NCBI GenBank assembly: GCA_002633005.1
Contig: NMRA01000177.1
Coordinates: 325,942-389,941, forward strand
Length of the DNA: 64,000 nucleotides
Direction: 5' to 3'
Source: Phoronis australis
Taxonomy: Eukaryota; Animalia; Phoronida
The position numbers and the translations under genes are program-made. Below are positions 25,701 through 40,500 of this stretch, piece by piece (within the stretch, counting starts at the first letter, position 1; every line of letters starts with the position of its first letter). Below the pieces are notes generated by a model. That model saw nothing but the letters and a program-made list of their open reading frames with translations, ran no database searches and had not been told where the DNA came from.

Positions 25701-28282
25701 TGTTTGTTCTGCCAAAAAGGCATAGTTGGTTCTGGTCTGTGGTTTTTTGAAAATCCAGTCGGTGGTGGAGTATTTTCTTAGTTGCTCGATTTTTCAAAAA
25801 AGAAAATCCACCCGAGACGAGCTACATTGGTGCAGGATTTTTTTATTCTCATCGCTTGTCAAATTACGGTGTTACTAACCACGCTTACCGTATGTGCTTT
25901 TGTGCAACTTTTTAAAAAACAAATGCCCGGTCTTGGTTGAAATTGATGAGCATGGTAGTTTTTTTCAGTCGGTGAGCGCAGGTCTTGTATTTGAGTTGGG
26001 TTATAAACAGAGCCAACTCTGCGTTTTTGGTCTTATCAGCAAGGTTATGGAAGTGATGGGCTTGTGTGGTTTTAACCATCGTCCAGCTTTCATTTTGTTA
26101 TTCCAGAGTTGGTGGGGTTGTAAAAAGTTCAGTTTTAGACTGGGTCCCAGCGGGAAGTAGCTGATTCTGATCATCTTTGATTCATTCTAAAAACGACGTC
26201 AAGTAATTTAGCAACGAAGGTTGGTGATTCCAAAAAAGGGCAAAAATTGATCACCTCATCCTTATAATTGGCTGTTACTTTTGATGCCGCGACTGACGAC
26301 CATCGGTAACGGCAGTGCTTCTTTGAGGTCACTCAGTCTCTCCGCGCACTGGTATTACAGTTAGTAGTGAGTGCGCAGCTCTGATATACATCTTTGTGGA
26401 GCTGAAAAAACTTGCGAGACACTGAATAATTGACTATGTTCGTAATAATAAATTAGAAACAAACAATGTTCATGTATTCTCTATAGCCTTTTTATTTAAA
26501 GTGGAAAAATAAATAGCAAACGGGCTCGACAACTCAGTAATGTTTACAAATAAGGATGCTAGTACAATCAGAAAACTGATGAATATTTTAGTTTTGGAGG
26601 AAGTCACTTCATTCCTGTCTGCTGTCCAGAGCGAGTTTATTTCTGTTTGTGTTTCATTGAAATCACCATTTACAGGATTTTCACCAAGTGTTCTATTATT
26701 ATTACAATGAATGTGGTTTTGCAAGAAGATGGGTTTAAAAGTTTGTAATGTTTAACACTTCATTTGTTCTCTTGAAAGAGGACGGAACACTTGCTGTGAA
26801 TTATTGAGTGAATGAAATAGATGAATGAAAAACTGGCCATCTCATAATTCATTGCATGGAAGAATACTGTATGCTATTAATACACATAGTACTGCGATAT
26901 AATCTCGCCAATTTCCAGACCTCCTTTCATTGTTGGGAATGTCCCCAATTTGTCAAAACATAGTCTGATCATTGTTATGGTAAAGAGCTAAGAAACTACG
27001 AAAAATTAACTTTGTGTTACTTATCCTGTTCTTGTTGAGATTTCACGGTAACTATGGATACATAGTCGAATAAAATAACATAACAACATCAGCTAAAATA
27101 CTTGAAAAGTCAACTTCCGTCTGAAAATCTAAATGTGCTGTTATCTGTTTAGGTCAGGTATTGTTTCGTTTGATATTTCCATTCACTGTTGAAAGAATGT
27201 TGAACTGCCTTCCTACACTGTGGCCGTAGTATTTCTCCTGTGTGGAGCTCTCTGTTGTAAGCCAAGCTGCAGTGGGGTCCTTTATCCTCTGTTGCATGAC
27301 CCTTGGCAGTCTGATGGATTGTTGCCCTGTTAGGTAACCTTGGTGATATATTGGTGGAAGGTATGATGACCAGATGGCTGGCATTCTATACTCCTCTGGG
27401 ACTCAGGAGTTAACTGGCAGGTGATTGACTGGCTAGGTGGGAGATTGGTTGGCCAAGTGGGGGTGATGGAGAAAATGGGTGATGTTCTGTGAGACTGTTG
27501 TTAGTTTGGACAGTGGTAAAGGAATTGCTTTTTAGAAATGAAAGGTCATGTTCATTGGTGGATTTAGGAAGGAACAGAGAGCAACAACTTTTTTTAAAAA
27601 AGGAGAGCTGAATTTGGGACAAGATTATTGGGCTTTGGGGAGTTCTGAACATCATTTTGTCACATACCTGCAGTGTGATTGGTGTTCCAAGGGTCTTATG
27701 AATTCTTGGTGGTTTTCCCGACCAATTTAGTTAGGAATGTGTGTCATTTTCACAATTTGCACACACTTTTGTGTTCTATGCCTCCAAGAAATAACCATTG
27801 TGCACTGCTTTTTTTCTGCAATGCAATTTCAGAATGATAACTTGTTTTGTGTGGCGTTCATATTTTGCAGGTTACTACTGTATTTTCTTTTGCTCGAATA
27901 TCCAGTTTTAAAAGTTACGCATTGTGAAACTTATCACATAGTAATAATGGACTGTACTTTACCGTTGCTGGATAGATTACTTATTGCGTGCTAAAGGCAA
28001 TATTTCTGTCAACTTTACACAATAAAAGTGTGCTATGGATTTGCTATTTGTAAAACACCCTTGGTTGTTACTGTTTGGAGGAGATCTGTGGTTCGAATCC
28101 TCAGTTTTATACTTGTTCACCTTGTAGATGGCTTCGATTATTTTTCATGATGTCAAATGCATTATTCAACAGCGGCAACGAGACACAGTGAGAGTACAGT
28201 GTTATTCTTGTTGGCTATAACTTTTATGTAACAAGACCCAGATATTTTTCACGTTTTTAACGTCTCCTCGTTCATTCCGCAG

Positions 28283-28585
28283 GTCACCAAACTGAAGAAG
28301 AGGTTGACCTATCCGTTTACGTGCATTCCACAGACAGACACTACATTCTCGGCTCAACTAAATTCCGTTTTAACTTGGATTCCGCTCACCACATCACTCA
28401 GTTTCTAGTGGACAGCGTGGAGAGCCCGAACTCTCTGGATGACCTCGAGCTCATCCAGTCGGAAAAGTTTGACCTATCAAACGAGGTCGCTTCGACGCTA
28501 GACGATCGACTGACGGCATCGTTCGAAAGCTACGACATTCCAGACACGTGGAACTTGTACGGTTCCTCAGTCGAAGATCAGGAAA
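28283..28585 (+). CDS. AKAP13/ARHGEF28: Coding exon, DBB-like N-terminal region (G)HQTEEEVDLSVYVHS...WNLYGSSVEDQE
   Basis: Acceptor ttccgcag|GT, donor GAA A|gtaagt; phase 1 in and 1 out; overlaps ORF 28321-28656. Confidence 0.92.
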
Positions 28586-31500
28586 GTAAGTGGCGACATC
28601 TGGGTCAGAAATGCTCAATAGCATTTTTTCTTACAAAACTGGAGCATATTGCTTGATTCGACCCCTACCCAGATTATAAAAACTACAGCTAACGTTTAGA
28701 CGACTGGAGTTTTTTTTTGGTGCACTCTCAACCTCACCTACAGGTGACTACTGTGATTTTCATGGGGATGGAAGGCTGTGGAATTTCGCGTTGTTTTCAA
28801 TAATCCCATCAAATTCCCACTGCTGAATGGTGGGATGTTGAAACGATTCACTTCAATATTTTCATTGTGAAATGTCCACGACTATAACAACATGCTTTTT
28901 GCTTTTGTCATCTCGGCATGTTTTGTCAACAGAATTTGAATTTGAGTTGGGCGTAAGTTACTTTCATGTCTCACCACTCAAGGGAGTGGCAGATTTGTTA
29001 TCGATTATTGTCTCACGTCTGATGTTTTCCCAGATGACGCGCTCATGAACTGGTTCTCATGGCTACAGTTTATTGTAAAGCATCTTCATTTGTGAACTAG
29101 AAATGAAATAACTGTTAGAAGTGCGTAAATAAGCGTTATCTTTGATCGGGTTGAATGCGAGTTTGGCAAAATCTCGTGACTCGGACTAAGACAATCACGA
29201 AAATTATTCTTTTTCATTTTTCAAAGACGTCCAACGTTGTGAATGGCCACAATTTCTAATTACTGTAGTAGCAATGATGGTCAATTTGAGCATAAATATG
29301 GTACTGCAGATGTTTTTTTGGAAAAAGTGATAAAATAACACTTCACTTGTCAGGCATATTGTGTTCTAAATTATAGTTTACTCAAAATCCAAAATGTTGG
29401 AGAGAATCCAGCTGCAGAACCAATGAAGTGAGCTTTGAAACTCCCAAAATGGCAATTTTCGCAATTGTTTTAATCCAGAACCGTCACCTTGTATCGTTAT
29501 GAACGTCAACTCCTAGGTTTTTATTTATGCTGTTGTGTTTGGCTTCAGCATTAAGTTCACTGCTTTATGATTTGTGGGCACTTAAACTATTAGTTAGTGT
29601 TTCTTTTAATGCGCTAGGCAACAGTTGCCACGGAGACGGAGGTGCAATCTCCTGGACTGCTTTATGGGCGCTCATTAATGGTAGAAATCTCATTACTGTG
29701 TTGTAGAAAACTTCCCCCAATCACTTTGATGTTAAGGGAACTAGATAAATCTGCATCTTGATCCAGTCCCTAGTGTAATTGAATTAAACATAAATACTAG
29801 ATCACAGGGGGTAATGGTGCTCATTTTTTGTTTTTTTTTGTTGGCCTTTGTAAGCTAGGAGATGGTGTTGATAAGGTTCAAGGGATCTGTGGTGACTTAG
29901 TATGTGGAAAGTTTCAACTAAGGCAACAAAGAGTTTTATTTGCCACGGATTTCAGCCTCTGCATGGGGAACTTGCAGTTCTAGCGTCTGAAGAACTGGTG
30001 GTGACAGCAACGCTCAACATTTTAATAATCATAGTACATGTCCTGTCTCATGATCACACAGCATTTGGCTGTGGTTCCCTGTAAAGCCACAGTTCGCAGA
30101 TTACAAAACCAACTTGTCACTGGATCTTGCTAAAACAGATTAGTCAATGGTTTCGTCTTGGAACAAATCGAGCGTTTGAAGCATTTGATGTGTGCCCCCC
30201 TGGCCAGGCATCTACCTCCTAGTGTGGTGTAGTGTGGTGTGTTACTAATAAGCCCACCTGCTGCTATCCTGTGTTAACTACCTTCTCATTACCAATTGAT
30301 TGTACTCAGATAAACCTGGGCTTGAATTGCTGGTAGTCTGTTTTGACGCCTTTTTACCGAAGCCGTTGTTGACTTTTCAGCGCAAGTTCTTTCAGGGGAA
30401 TGCGCAATATTTGTGTGTCGATTTCCTCATCACAACAATTAGAAATTGTGCTGGAGCTGCTTTGTGGTTCCAGTTGTTGGGGGTTTTGTTTCACTAAATT
30501 TGATGTTGGAACACGTGACTTGCGGTGTCCCCTGGTGCCACATGGCCCACTTCGGCTGTGTTGCATGAAAGTGAAGTTACGGTCTCAGCAGGCAGGGGGC
30601 AGCACTAGTTCCATTCATTGTCATTTACTTATCAACGTTGACTATTGTACACGAATGTGTCTGGTGATGTCCTCCAAATAATCTGGTTAACCTCGTTTTC
30701 AGATCCTGAGCCTCGCGAAACGGTGCTCCACTTTGCAGCGAGACTTGGGCTCACCAAATTAGCCAGCTTCTTGCTCGACCGACCAGGGGGTGACACTGCA
30801 GTGCAGATGCCAAACCGGCGTGGAGAGCTTCCTAAGGACATCGCTCGTGACTTCGGAATGGACGGCCTGGCAGAACTATTGTCAGAGTGAGTTGTAACTT
30901 AATTTGTAGAGTTATTTCTGAAGAAATACTTCTTTCTGCATACTGAGCACGCAGTGTAATTTAGAAAGATGTCTCGTCTAATTTGGTTTATGTTATGATT
31001 TCCCGGCACGAATTGTCAATGGAACTGGAGCGGAAGGATTCCCATAAACCATTGCTGATGGTTCATGAAAACTGCTGGCAAGTATCGTTAGTAGTAGTTG
31101 TTCCTAGGTCTTCTGACTGTTGGATTGATTCCCTGGTATGTGGGAAAAATGCGTTTCTTGATGTTCACTAAATGGCGAGAAATAACTGTGGTATTTGTGG
31201 TAGTTATCGGATTTTGCGTGGTGTAGTGTAATGTCCCAGCTCGTTTAGTTCTTTTAATGTCGTCTTTTAGGAGCTTTTGATATCATCAGCACTAAAGATG
31301 GATTATTTTATTTGGACATCGTTTGTTAGCTTCTTACGAGTGGTCAAAACCCATGCTATCAGAAACAGGATTCTACGGACTTCAATCCAGTACACAATTG
31401 ATAGAGAAGTGAAATTTTAATTTTGTTCTTTATTTTTCACAAAAATAAGTATCACAAAAATTGCTTTAAGAAGTTCTCAACCATGGCCAAGATTTTCCCC

Positions 31501-34500
31501 TGCCACCCCTGCATTCCATTTCACCCCTGCATTCCCTGCCACCCCTGCATTCCGTGCCATCCCAGCGTTCCCTGTATCCCCTGCATTCCCTTCCACCCCT
31601 GTGTTTCATTCCGCCCCTGACTCTTGAGTAATTATCTCCTTATTTCACTCAAAATTAATTCCTTCAAATAATCAACAATTCACCAGTTTAATGACATGTA
31701 CACAGCGCAAACTAAGCTAAAAATAAAATAATCTTTATTTTTTGTTGAGAAACTTTGACAAAATAAAATTTCACATGTCCGTATTGTTATGTGCTGTATA
31801 AGTATTGCCATAGGTCAAAACCAACGACCTTTTTTTAGCCATCTCCTTCAGACAATAAGATGTAGAAGCCATTCACCATGTTACTGAGGTAAACCTAATT
31901 ACCCTGTTGCAGTTTAAGTGGATGACCAGAAAGTCTTGAGCAAGCGCCTTTTTGCGGTCTGGCTCTGTGCCCGGTTAAATTGACATACGATGCATGAGGG
32001 ATATTCAGGTGTACCTATAAATTAGTTAGCCGTGCCAAAAATAGAACCACATTGATAACTTGAAGTCCAGGTTTATTTTTTATTCCGGTTGAACTCGTGA
32101 TTTGTTCTGGTTCGGGTATTTGGCTCCACTTCGCAGTCCGGTTGCTAAGGTCTTGATATCTTAACCTTAGACATTTGACGACTTCGAAAATATTTTGTAA
32201 TTTTTAATTCTGTGACTAGTGTGTGATGCTATCTGTTATTTCAATAACTTCACAAAGTCTTCAGATTCGCTTGCTGGTCGGCCTATTGTATTTTTGCTCA
32301 GTTGTATGAAGTCACAAAACGTTACCCTGTTGTGGCTGACTGCACTAGACATGTGTCCTTCCCATGCCTGCAACACTAAGTAATATAAAACTTCTCTATG
32401 GTTGAGCCAGGTTTTGACAAATCACCACACACCTCACCTCATTAACATTTGAACCTTGGATATGACCCCCATTAATCTGTAGTTGTATGCTTGAAACAGT
32501 TGTAGACAATTTTCTCTGATGTCCTGGCCTGAAGCAGTCTGTGAGGGAGTCTTCTCCAAAATTTTCGAAATGTCAGTTCGCTGCTGTGCTAGAGTGGTGT
32601 TTGCAAACTTCTGGATGTGCGCCGTTCAGCTTTCTGTGTGAGGATTAATCTGCTGCTGTCGGTTATTGTCTGCTTTTGAGAATCATGTGGCCTTTGGCAT
32701 GTCTTCCGCTTTTTGGCGATCTCTGTAATATTTGTGATGTCTCATAGTTTAATATTTTGTTCCGAGTTTTGCGGTTCTGCAAAAGTCAACATGTTCAACG
32801 TAAAGAATTAATCTACCAACAAAATCCCTTGTTGTGGCCTGTGGACATCTGCTTTTCAAGAACTGTTGAGCTTTTTCATCACCTGCCTTTTGGAGCTTTA
32901 CCCAGAGTTTTCGGGTGCTGAGTTCAGCCTGTTAAATGACCCCGCAGTACATTTGAGCTGTTCAAGTTTCGGTCATGAGAATTATTTGGCTGCCTTCTAT
33001 GAAAATTACTCTGAAATTGTCTTCTGCCTTTCCGCAGGCAGGCGTTGTTTTTTTGAAGATTATTCTTTTGACAGATGTTTGTTATTGTAGGTCTTAGTTG
33101 TTAACTTAACAACAGGGTGGAGATAGTCTGTGCTCCACTGAGTCCTGGTCTAATTTGGAGAACTGAGATAAGGGCCAAATATCTGACCCAGTATATATAT
33201 TGGTTAACACTGTCACCAGGAAGCAGCTCCTGTGTTTTCAATGTGTCTGCCTGTAAAGGAAACTGTGTTCATGAATGGAAGGAGCCTTAGCAGATGTCAT
33301 GGTGTTTTTTTAAGAAGATGCTGAATTGTTGAGTAAAGTGTTTACCGTTGATGAGTGGTTCCGATACTATTCCCAATTCTGAACTCGGCAACATGGAGTA
33401 CGTAACTGGTTGATACGGTTTTCTGTTTTGTTTTCGAAGAGGGAGCTAGGAGATTCTTTCGCTATTTGTTTTGAACAAGAAATGGAGTTGAAAATCACAT
33501 TTTCTGCCGATAATCTTGGGTAGGTACACGTTCTTGCTGCGATTGTATGTGTTGGATAGTAAGGTAAATATTATGGAGTTTTTAAAATTTCGGACACTGA
33601 AACTGAAGCTGAGCTTGAATTTTCTTGATTCTGAAGATGGGAACATGAGCGATTTTGGCATTCATCATAAATTTCATAATATCAGACCCTGGGTTATTTA
33701 TCTAAATAGATTTGGCAGTTCATAAAAGTGTCAAAAATAGCCAAAGAGGCAACGTTTTCATGCATTATCATAGTCTGTAACCTCTTGGTGAATGATTGTT
33801 TTTGTAAAGCTGTAATACGGGAAGGCCAATGTTGTCTATTTCTAAAATTTTTTAGAAGCTCCGACATTGTGACAAACTGGCGAAATTTTATGGTAATAGG
33901 TAGACCTCATGTATTGCACCGTTTTGACAATTGCAAAAGCTTTGCAACTACATTTCCTCCACGTATGAAAACAAAAAAATCTTTTACTTAGCAATTTTTC
34001 AAAGGAAATGTTGACAATTCTAGTTTTAAGCTTTCTTATTTCATAAAATTGCAATGCATTCAATTTTAGATCAACTACATGAGGCCGTGGCCTTGTATTA
34101 GAGTATGGCATTATAATCGGGGTCATTTGCCTTCTGGCAGCAAATTAATTCAAATATTACATTCACCACTTATGTCCCGGTGTTCTTTGTTTGTTTTTAC
34201 TGTCAGTTTTCCAATATTTTCTCGGGCTGGTTTTAGCCACAGTCTTTAAGAGTACTTATAAACCTTTTCGACATGTATGATTGGCAGAAAACGTAACAAA
34301 GACCACGATGGTCTTAGTATTAGAAGAAACAGCATGGCCTTATATTAGAATACAAGCCCATAGCTTTGTATCATTTGTTGTTTCAATTACAGATGTTTCC
34401 AAAATTGTAGTACTTTGCCTATAAAGCCATGGCCTTTCGTACCAAGTTTTGTGGTCGCTCTAAAATAGCTGTTCAGAATTGTAGAATCAGCCCCGCTCAC

Positions 34501-37500
34501 TGCAGTGAAATGAAATCTGGCCGATAACTTCATCTTGGTAGCGTATCTCTGATTTATCTTTTGTAAGACTTAGAACAGTTAGCTTTTGTCAATATTCAAA
34601 TTTTGCTGTTTCTAAGTGTCGTGAAGAACCAGTATGCCTTGAGGGTATTAGTTTCTTACAGTGTTAATAAGCAATTTCAATCTGTTGGCGTTATCTTGTT
34701 AACTGAAACTCAATTTAGAATTTTAACATGGAATAATCCAAGTTGTTTTGACCTTAATGAAAAGTACCTTTTGGTGTTGAGGGAGTTGAAGGTTGTTGTT
34801 GTAGGTAATAAAATTTGGCTGGCCCATTAAATCTGCAGTGGTTTCTTTGAAGCACAATCTGATCTTGACTGACAGGTCAACGCAATATTTAGGGTTAGAC
34901 CATGGATATTGGTTGAATACCCCTTTTACAAATTGGTTGAAGGGTAGCGTTTTTTTGAGTGGCAAGAAATGCCTGCACTGCAAATGTTTACAAATATCAC
35001 CCTTGCTGGAGCACGGGTGGTGCTTTGAGTTACCTGAAAACTGCTGGTGAATTGCGAACACCTTTGTAGCCGGACGGCTTATATAAGACATGCGGGATAT
35101 ATACCATTATTTATAGTTGGATTAATCTTTTCTATAGTGTATGAACATGCTTAACCATTAATTGTCGTTATAAAAATGATTGCGGCTGTGGGGAAACAAG
35201 TTAACTCCTGGCGAAAACTACCGCAACGTCTGTCTTGCTAAAGTGATAGCGTTTTCGTTGCTGAAAAACCGCTGACATTTTTTCCTCTGCATTCGTCTTT
35301 TCGAGGTAAATTTGCTGTTGGGTGACCTCACCGATCATTGATCTAAACATCCGCCAAACTGTCCTCTTCACAAAAGACTCCCAATGTTAGAATTTGATTG
35401 GCCTGCATGTTCTGCTCTGTTATTTCATTAAAAGCTTCAGGGAAAAAAGGTTCTCAAAATCTGAGACCCCTCTAAGTGGCCAGTGCCACTACCGGAATGG
35501 CCGTTCTTCATTTTCTTGTGAATGCTGGCAATTAATCAAAACCTTAAAATGGCCAAGCATTACTTTGGAATGACATACCTTCGGTGTCACGGTGTTACTT
35601 ATGTGTATGTCGTCTGCCCTTGTTTAAAGATACTATAAACCACAGATATTGTGAAAATGTTTTTAACAGTTATGAATTGGTCTCGACTAGTACCCCAAAC
35701 TGGGACTGATTTCTGAGCTTGCGGGATTTAATCCCTCATTGTTGCTTGAGACCAAATTTGATAAGTTGGCTTGAACTGGGCTCAAATGTAAACGAGTTGA
35801 AATTTAGGTAACGTGTTCTTCCCAAACTTGATACTCATTCTCACTCAGAGGAATTGAACCTGTTGGTAAATTCCCTTCTAGGTATAACCGCCACAGCGTG
35901 ATGACTGGGCTTCAGACGGGCTCTACCAAGGTCAGGACCAAAACGGCGGTGATTAGACATTTCCGCGACGGCACCGACTCCATCACCACAGAGATTAAAG
36001 ACAACAACAATTGTACAATAGGTAGGTGATTATTCAGGACACCGTTGCACAATGTTGCCGTTCTTCTGTCGTTACGCAGCAAAGAGTCCAATTTAGCAAA
36101 TTGTATTTAGGCCAGAGGGTGGTCTTAGCACTGGTTTCATTAATTGATTTCGACTGAACATCCGGCGAGTGACTTGCGGTTGTTTAGGATTCCGAGTCTA
36201 TTTTAAGGCGTCAACTTTTGCCAACATCTCAAATTAGTGCCTCGACACATGTCTATGTCCATGTGTAGTTTCCTTGTTTAACACAACCGACCATCACTGC
36301 TAATCACTCTGACCTTTACTTGGCCAAAACTGACCAAGATTCAGGGTCTCCACCATAAACTTTGCGTCGGCACGTTGTCGGTTCTACATTAAGCCAGTCC
36401 AAGAGTTTCTTTGGGCAAAGAGGCAATGATGTTGGTTGAGGATATGTACTGACTAGTCTGTGTATTCAGCCACATGTCAAGAAAAATAGAGATTTTAACT
36501 CGGTAAAGGTATATGTTTTTTGAAAGTAAAAAACCTGTAGAATTTGATTCATGACTTTCACAGTTTGCTATTCATTGGGTCAGGGGTCCATGTTTTTTTA
36601 AGTAAAATTTAGCATAAAATAAAGGTACATTGATGGCGTAATACAGTATCAATGGCATGGTATAATTTTGTTTCAATAAATGTCCAAGGTGACATCTCAA
36701 AAGTGCTGTTACAGTTTTCTAAGTTATCATTTTGTTATTGTTTTACGCAACTCTTGAGTTTTTTTATGAAATTAAAAAAAGTCCGATATTTGATAGCCCC
36801 ATGTACATTTTAACAACTCCATTTTGGACGACAGTGTATAAAGCACAGCATTTGAAAGTTTCACATGATTCCAATCGTCCATTTAGGAGATATCGTGTTC
36901 CAAAGTTTGTAAAATTTTTCTGAGGTCCTGCATAAAAGCGACCTCTGAACTTTGGAAGAAATGGTGAAACATTCCTGCTTAGGGTTGTACTTAATAATCG
37001 GCTCACCACGTTTATGGCTGGGTGGAAAGTGTCATAGCCTAGAGAACACGTTAGTTCCATGCCCTAACACTAGGTGTAGTGGTTGCTACATGACCCTGGG
37101 TTTTTTGTGGTGCCTTCGGCTACAACTGTTTGGGTGAAGGTTATGTGGGACCTTACTGACTGTGTGCATTCAGCCAACAATGTACTAGACGTTAAGATTT
37201 AACTTTGTTTTGAATATTCAAGCTATAATCGTAAAAATTCTCAAAGTCACAACTTTATATTTTATTATTATCTTTTTGTTTCATGCAACTTTCAAACTTT
37301 CTGTCATCAAAATCAAATTTTGATCAGCCCTCTTGCAAAAGTTGATTGTTAAAAAGAAATTTCCTCAAGCCGTTGCTGCCTGCATGTATCTAGGCAAAAT
37401 GCTCACTAACCTGTAAAGCATGTTTCTAGGAATCATCGTAAATGTAGTACACATGATTACAGTGAGTGTACAGCAAAGGTTTGTTGTTGTCAGGTGATAA

Positions 37501-40500
37501 AATAATAATTTGCAATGACTACCGAAGGAAATTGGCGAAGCACTTAGCTCATCTCATCCACATATTGTCAGGATTTACACTTGCCGGGTAACAGAAATCA
37601 AACCTAACAAGTAGATGCTTGCCTCATCGCATCGCAATGCAAAATCTTCACAGTTTGTTTTGCTGCAGACGTCAGCTATGAGCCGACCTCGTTTTTATTT
37701 GAGGCGGCTAGCTCTCTGTCTGTGCTTGACTTAGGGATCCAAGTTATATGCACTTTGCAACAGCAAGGCGGTTCGGGGACACGAGCGACAATGGCATATG
37801 TTCACATGGAAAGCGGGCTTATAACCAATCACGGAGGTTACCCGAACAACTAAGAATTCTTTTCTGTGTATGTGGTTGAAAACTTTCTGTACAGAGCGGG
37901 AGCCTTCTAAGCTCTTTCGGTCTTAACAGCCTTGTTTCATTTTCCCAATCACCTTATCGTAGATTCTTAACTTGGCATATCTTCACATACATTCATCCTG
38001 CCTGTAATTCATCCACACCACTGTCAAGCATCATATTATGTTTGCCTAGTGGGTTTTTGCTCGGTAGAAAACCATGCTTATTTATGAGTCCCCCTGATAA
38101 AATGGTATTTCTATACGGGATTAATGTCTAACATGGGATTAATCTTTACTCTGGACATCACAAAGATGCCAGCCACGTAATCTAGAGGAGATAAGAATAA
38201 ATCATTTTACTTACGATGATTAATTTCCGTTGGTATTCTTATCCAGATATATAAAAAGACTGCGAGCTGAGTCCAGAGGCAGAGTTTTTAATTTTGGTTC
38301 AGTCACTGCTTCTAGCTTCATTAATTCTTATAGAAATGCCTCTGGTGTTGATTATACAACTGATTTTTTTTTCAATTTTGGGCTGTTGTGAAGGTCTAAG
38401 TTGGAAATTTGATCAATACCATTCTTTGCCACATTTCAGTCATAGGGATATTACTTGTCAAAACTGATGTCTTTGTATCGATAATGCAGCATTGGTTAAA
38501 GGTTACTCACGACCTAGAAAGCCTCTAAAATTGACCATGTCTTTTCAGTAAAAATTAACAAAAAAGAAAGTTACATTCTTAATAAAACAGTATCAGTAAC
38601 GTGATCAAATTTTACTTGATGTGATTGTTCAAGATAAGAACACTGTTACTGTTTTCTAATGCATCATTTCCTTTTTGTTTTATGCAACCTTTGAGTTTTT
38701 TTTCATGAAAGTCATCAAAGTCCTATTTTGTTATAGGTCTCCCATAAAAAAGTGTGGCATTTTAAAAACAATTCCTCAGCGTTCTAGAGAACAGTATATA
38801 AAGCATAGTGTGTATTTGAATCATGAATATGATTAGCCATCTCTGACATATGACCAACCAAAGTTAATTAAATTTGGACATTTCTCTAGGGTCCTTTATA
38901 CACAACCTTAATAGTGTGCAGTCCAAATGGTGACCACTAGATTCTTGTGGTCTGAGGGTTTTGTTGGGCGAACCCTTCGTCTACAAACTGTTTATGCAAG
39001 TTAGACATGCTTTTGTAAGCTTATCCTCAGTCAGTGACCTGAAATTCCTGTTGGCTAAGTGTTAAGTGTTACCACCGGATGATGTAGGAGCTGAAAGCTT
39101 GCCAGTTCATCGCAATTTTGTCTTGGTTTTTATGACTGCTGGTTTCTGGGTTTATTGGTGTTCCAAACTGGTCCCTTGCCCGAACTGTTTAGATACTTGG
39201 GTCTTGATTATTAGCAACAGAGTGTGTATGCATGCACGGGCCTTTGCAAGGGTGTACCAATGTACAGAAGGCAATATTGCTTACTTTCTTTTAGAGGTGT
39301 TAAGTGACCCCTAGTGCTAACTGTATACCAGCTGTCACAATTTCTGGCTCTGCTGCTGCACAGATAAGAAATTCCACGGGGAATTTCCCAGATCAACAAT
39401 TTCAGCCCTCAGAACATTAAATATTGGAAATGCAGGTCGAAACTAGGAAGTCATGCTTAAAAATATATTTACAAATTTTCCTGTATGGAAGCTGTTGTCA
39501 AATTTTCGCTGGGTGCTCGTTTGACATTTTGCTTTCATTTGCTATTGCAAATCAAGCAGAGTGGCTTATGAATGTGCAATTGCAGTTTATTTTCTGCCAA
39601 ACCTTCTGGTTAACAACTAGCTATCCACAGTTGTTCAGTTGTGTTAAATTAAGTGAATTGCTGCCTCGCACTCGAGAGTTAACTGCAGTGTCTTCCTTGA
39701 ATTTTTCACCTGAACTGCACAAGGCAGAAAGATTACTATTTCGTAACTTACATTTCATTTTAAATGACTGTACAATCGTCCCTGAGAATTTTAATCTAAT
39801 TCTTCAAAATAAAGTCAGTATTATCTGTCCTTCATATCACTGTAATTATAAATGGACACACGGTGGAATAACATGATTCTGATAATTTGTATTGCACATA
39901 GGTTGTTTCCCAGAAAAATTGTGTGACCTTATTGAAACCGTCGGTAACATTACATAAATTGTGTTCTCTGTGGAAAATTATGCCTGTTCTAAAGTTTTTC
40001 AATACCCAGTCAAAACAACATGTAATCTTGAAGTGTTGCACCGGTTCTCAATACGGTAAGCAACTCACATTCCCTAGCCGGAAAATTGCTTTGAATCCAG
40101 CTCAGCAGGTATTGCAAGCGGTTAAACGTCAGTTGTGGGGGACATTTCGTGATTTGCCATGTTTTTTCACCGTTTACCTTGTGAGCATTTTTCGTATCCG
40201 CCTTTCCGGTCGTGGGTCATACTGTATGATTTCTGGGCACACGTGACCTGTTGTTTCCAAAACCTTCAGCCCATTTGCTCTCCTTACATAACCTTTAACA
40301 CATTCGCAACACGCTCATGACCTTAAACCTATTCTCACTACTTTTATTAACTTTGACCTTACCACTGTTTCCTTCTGCAGAGGAAGACATAGCCATGCTG
40401 AAGGACTTCACACAGGATGCAGACACAGAGGTGGTGCTGGACAATGAAGAGATGGGGAGGACGAAGGGGCATCAGTCGGTCACCTGGCTGGATCAGGTCA

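Noticed and set aside
28080-28110. GGTTCGAATCC B-box-like motif
   Set aside because: No A-box or cloverleaf; at most a SINE relic, not a tRNA.
31423-31620. Cys/Pro/His-rich peptide PCHPCIP, superficially metallothionein-like
   Set aside because: It is the translation of a 9-bp minisatellite, with no splice or start support.
39424-39876. Longest ORF in the track (150 aa)
   Set aside because: TTG start, intron-like composition, no domain, and not needed for the exon phase chain.
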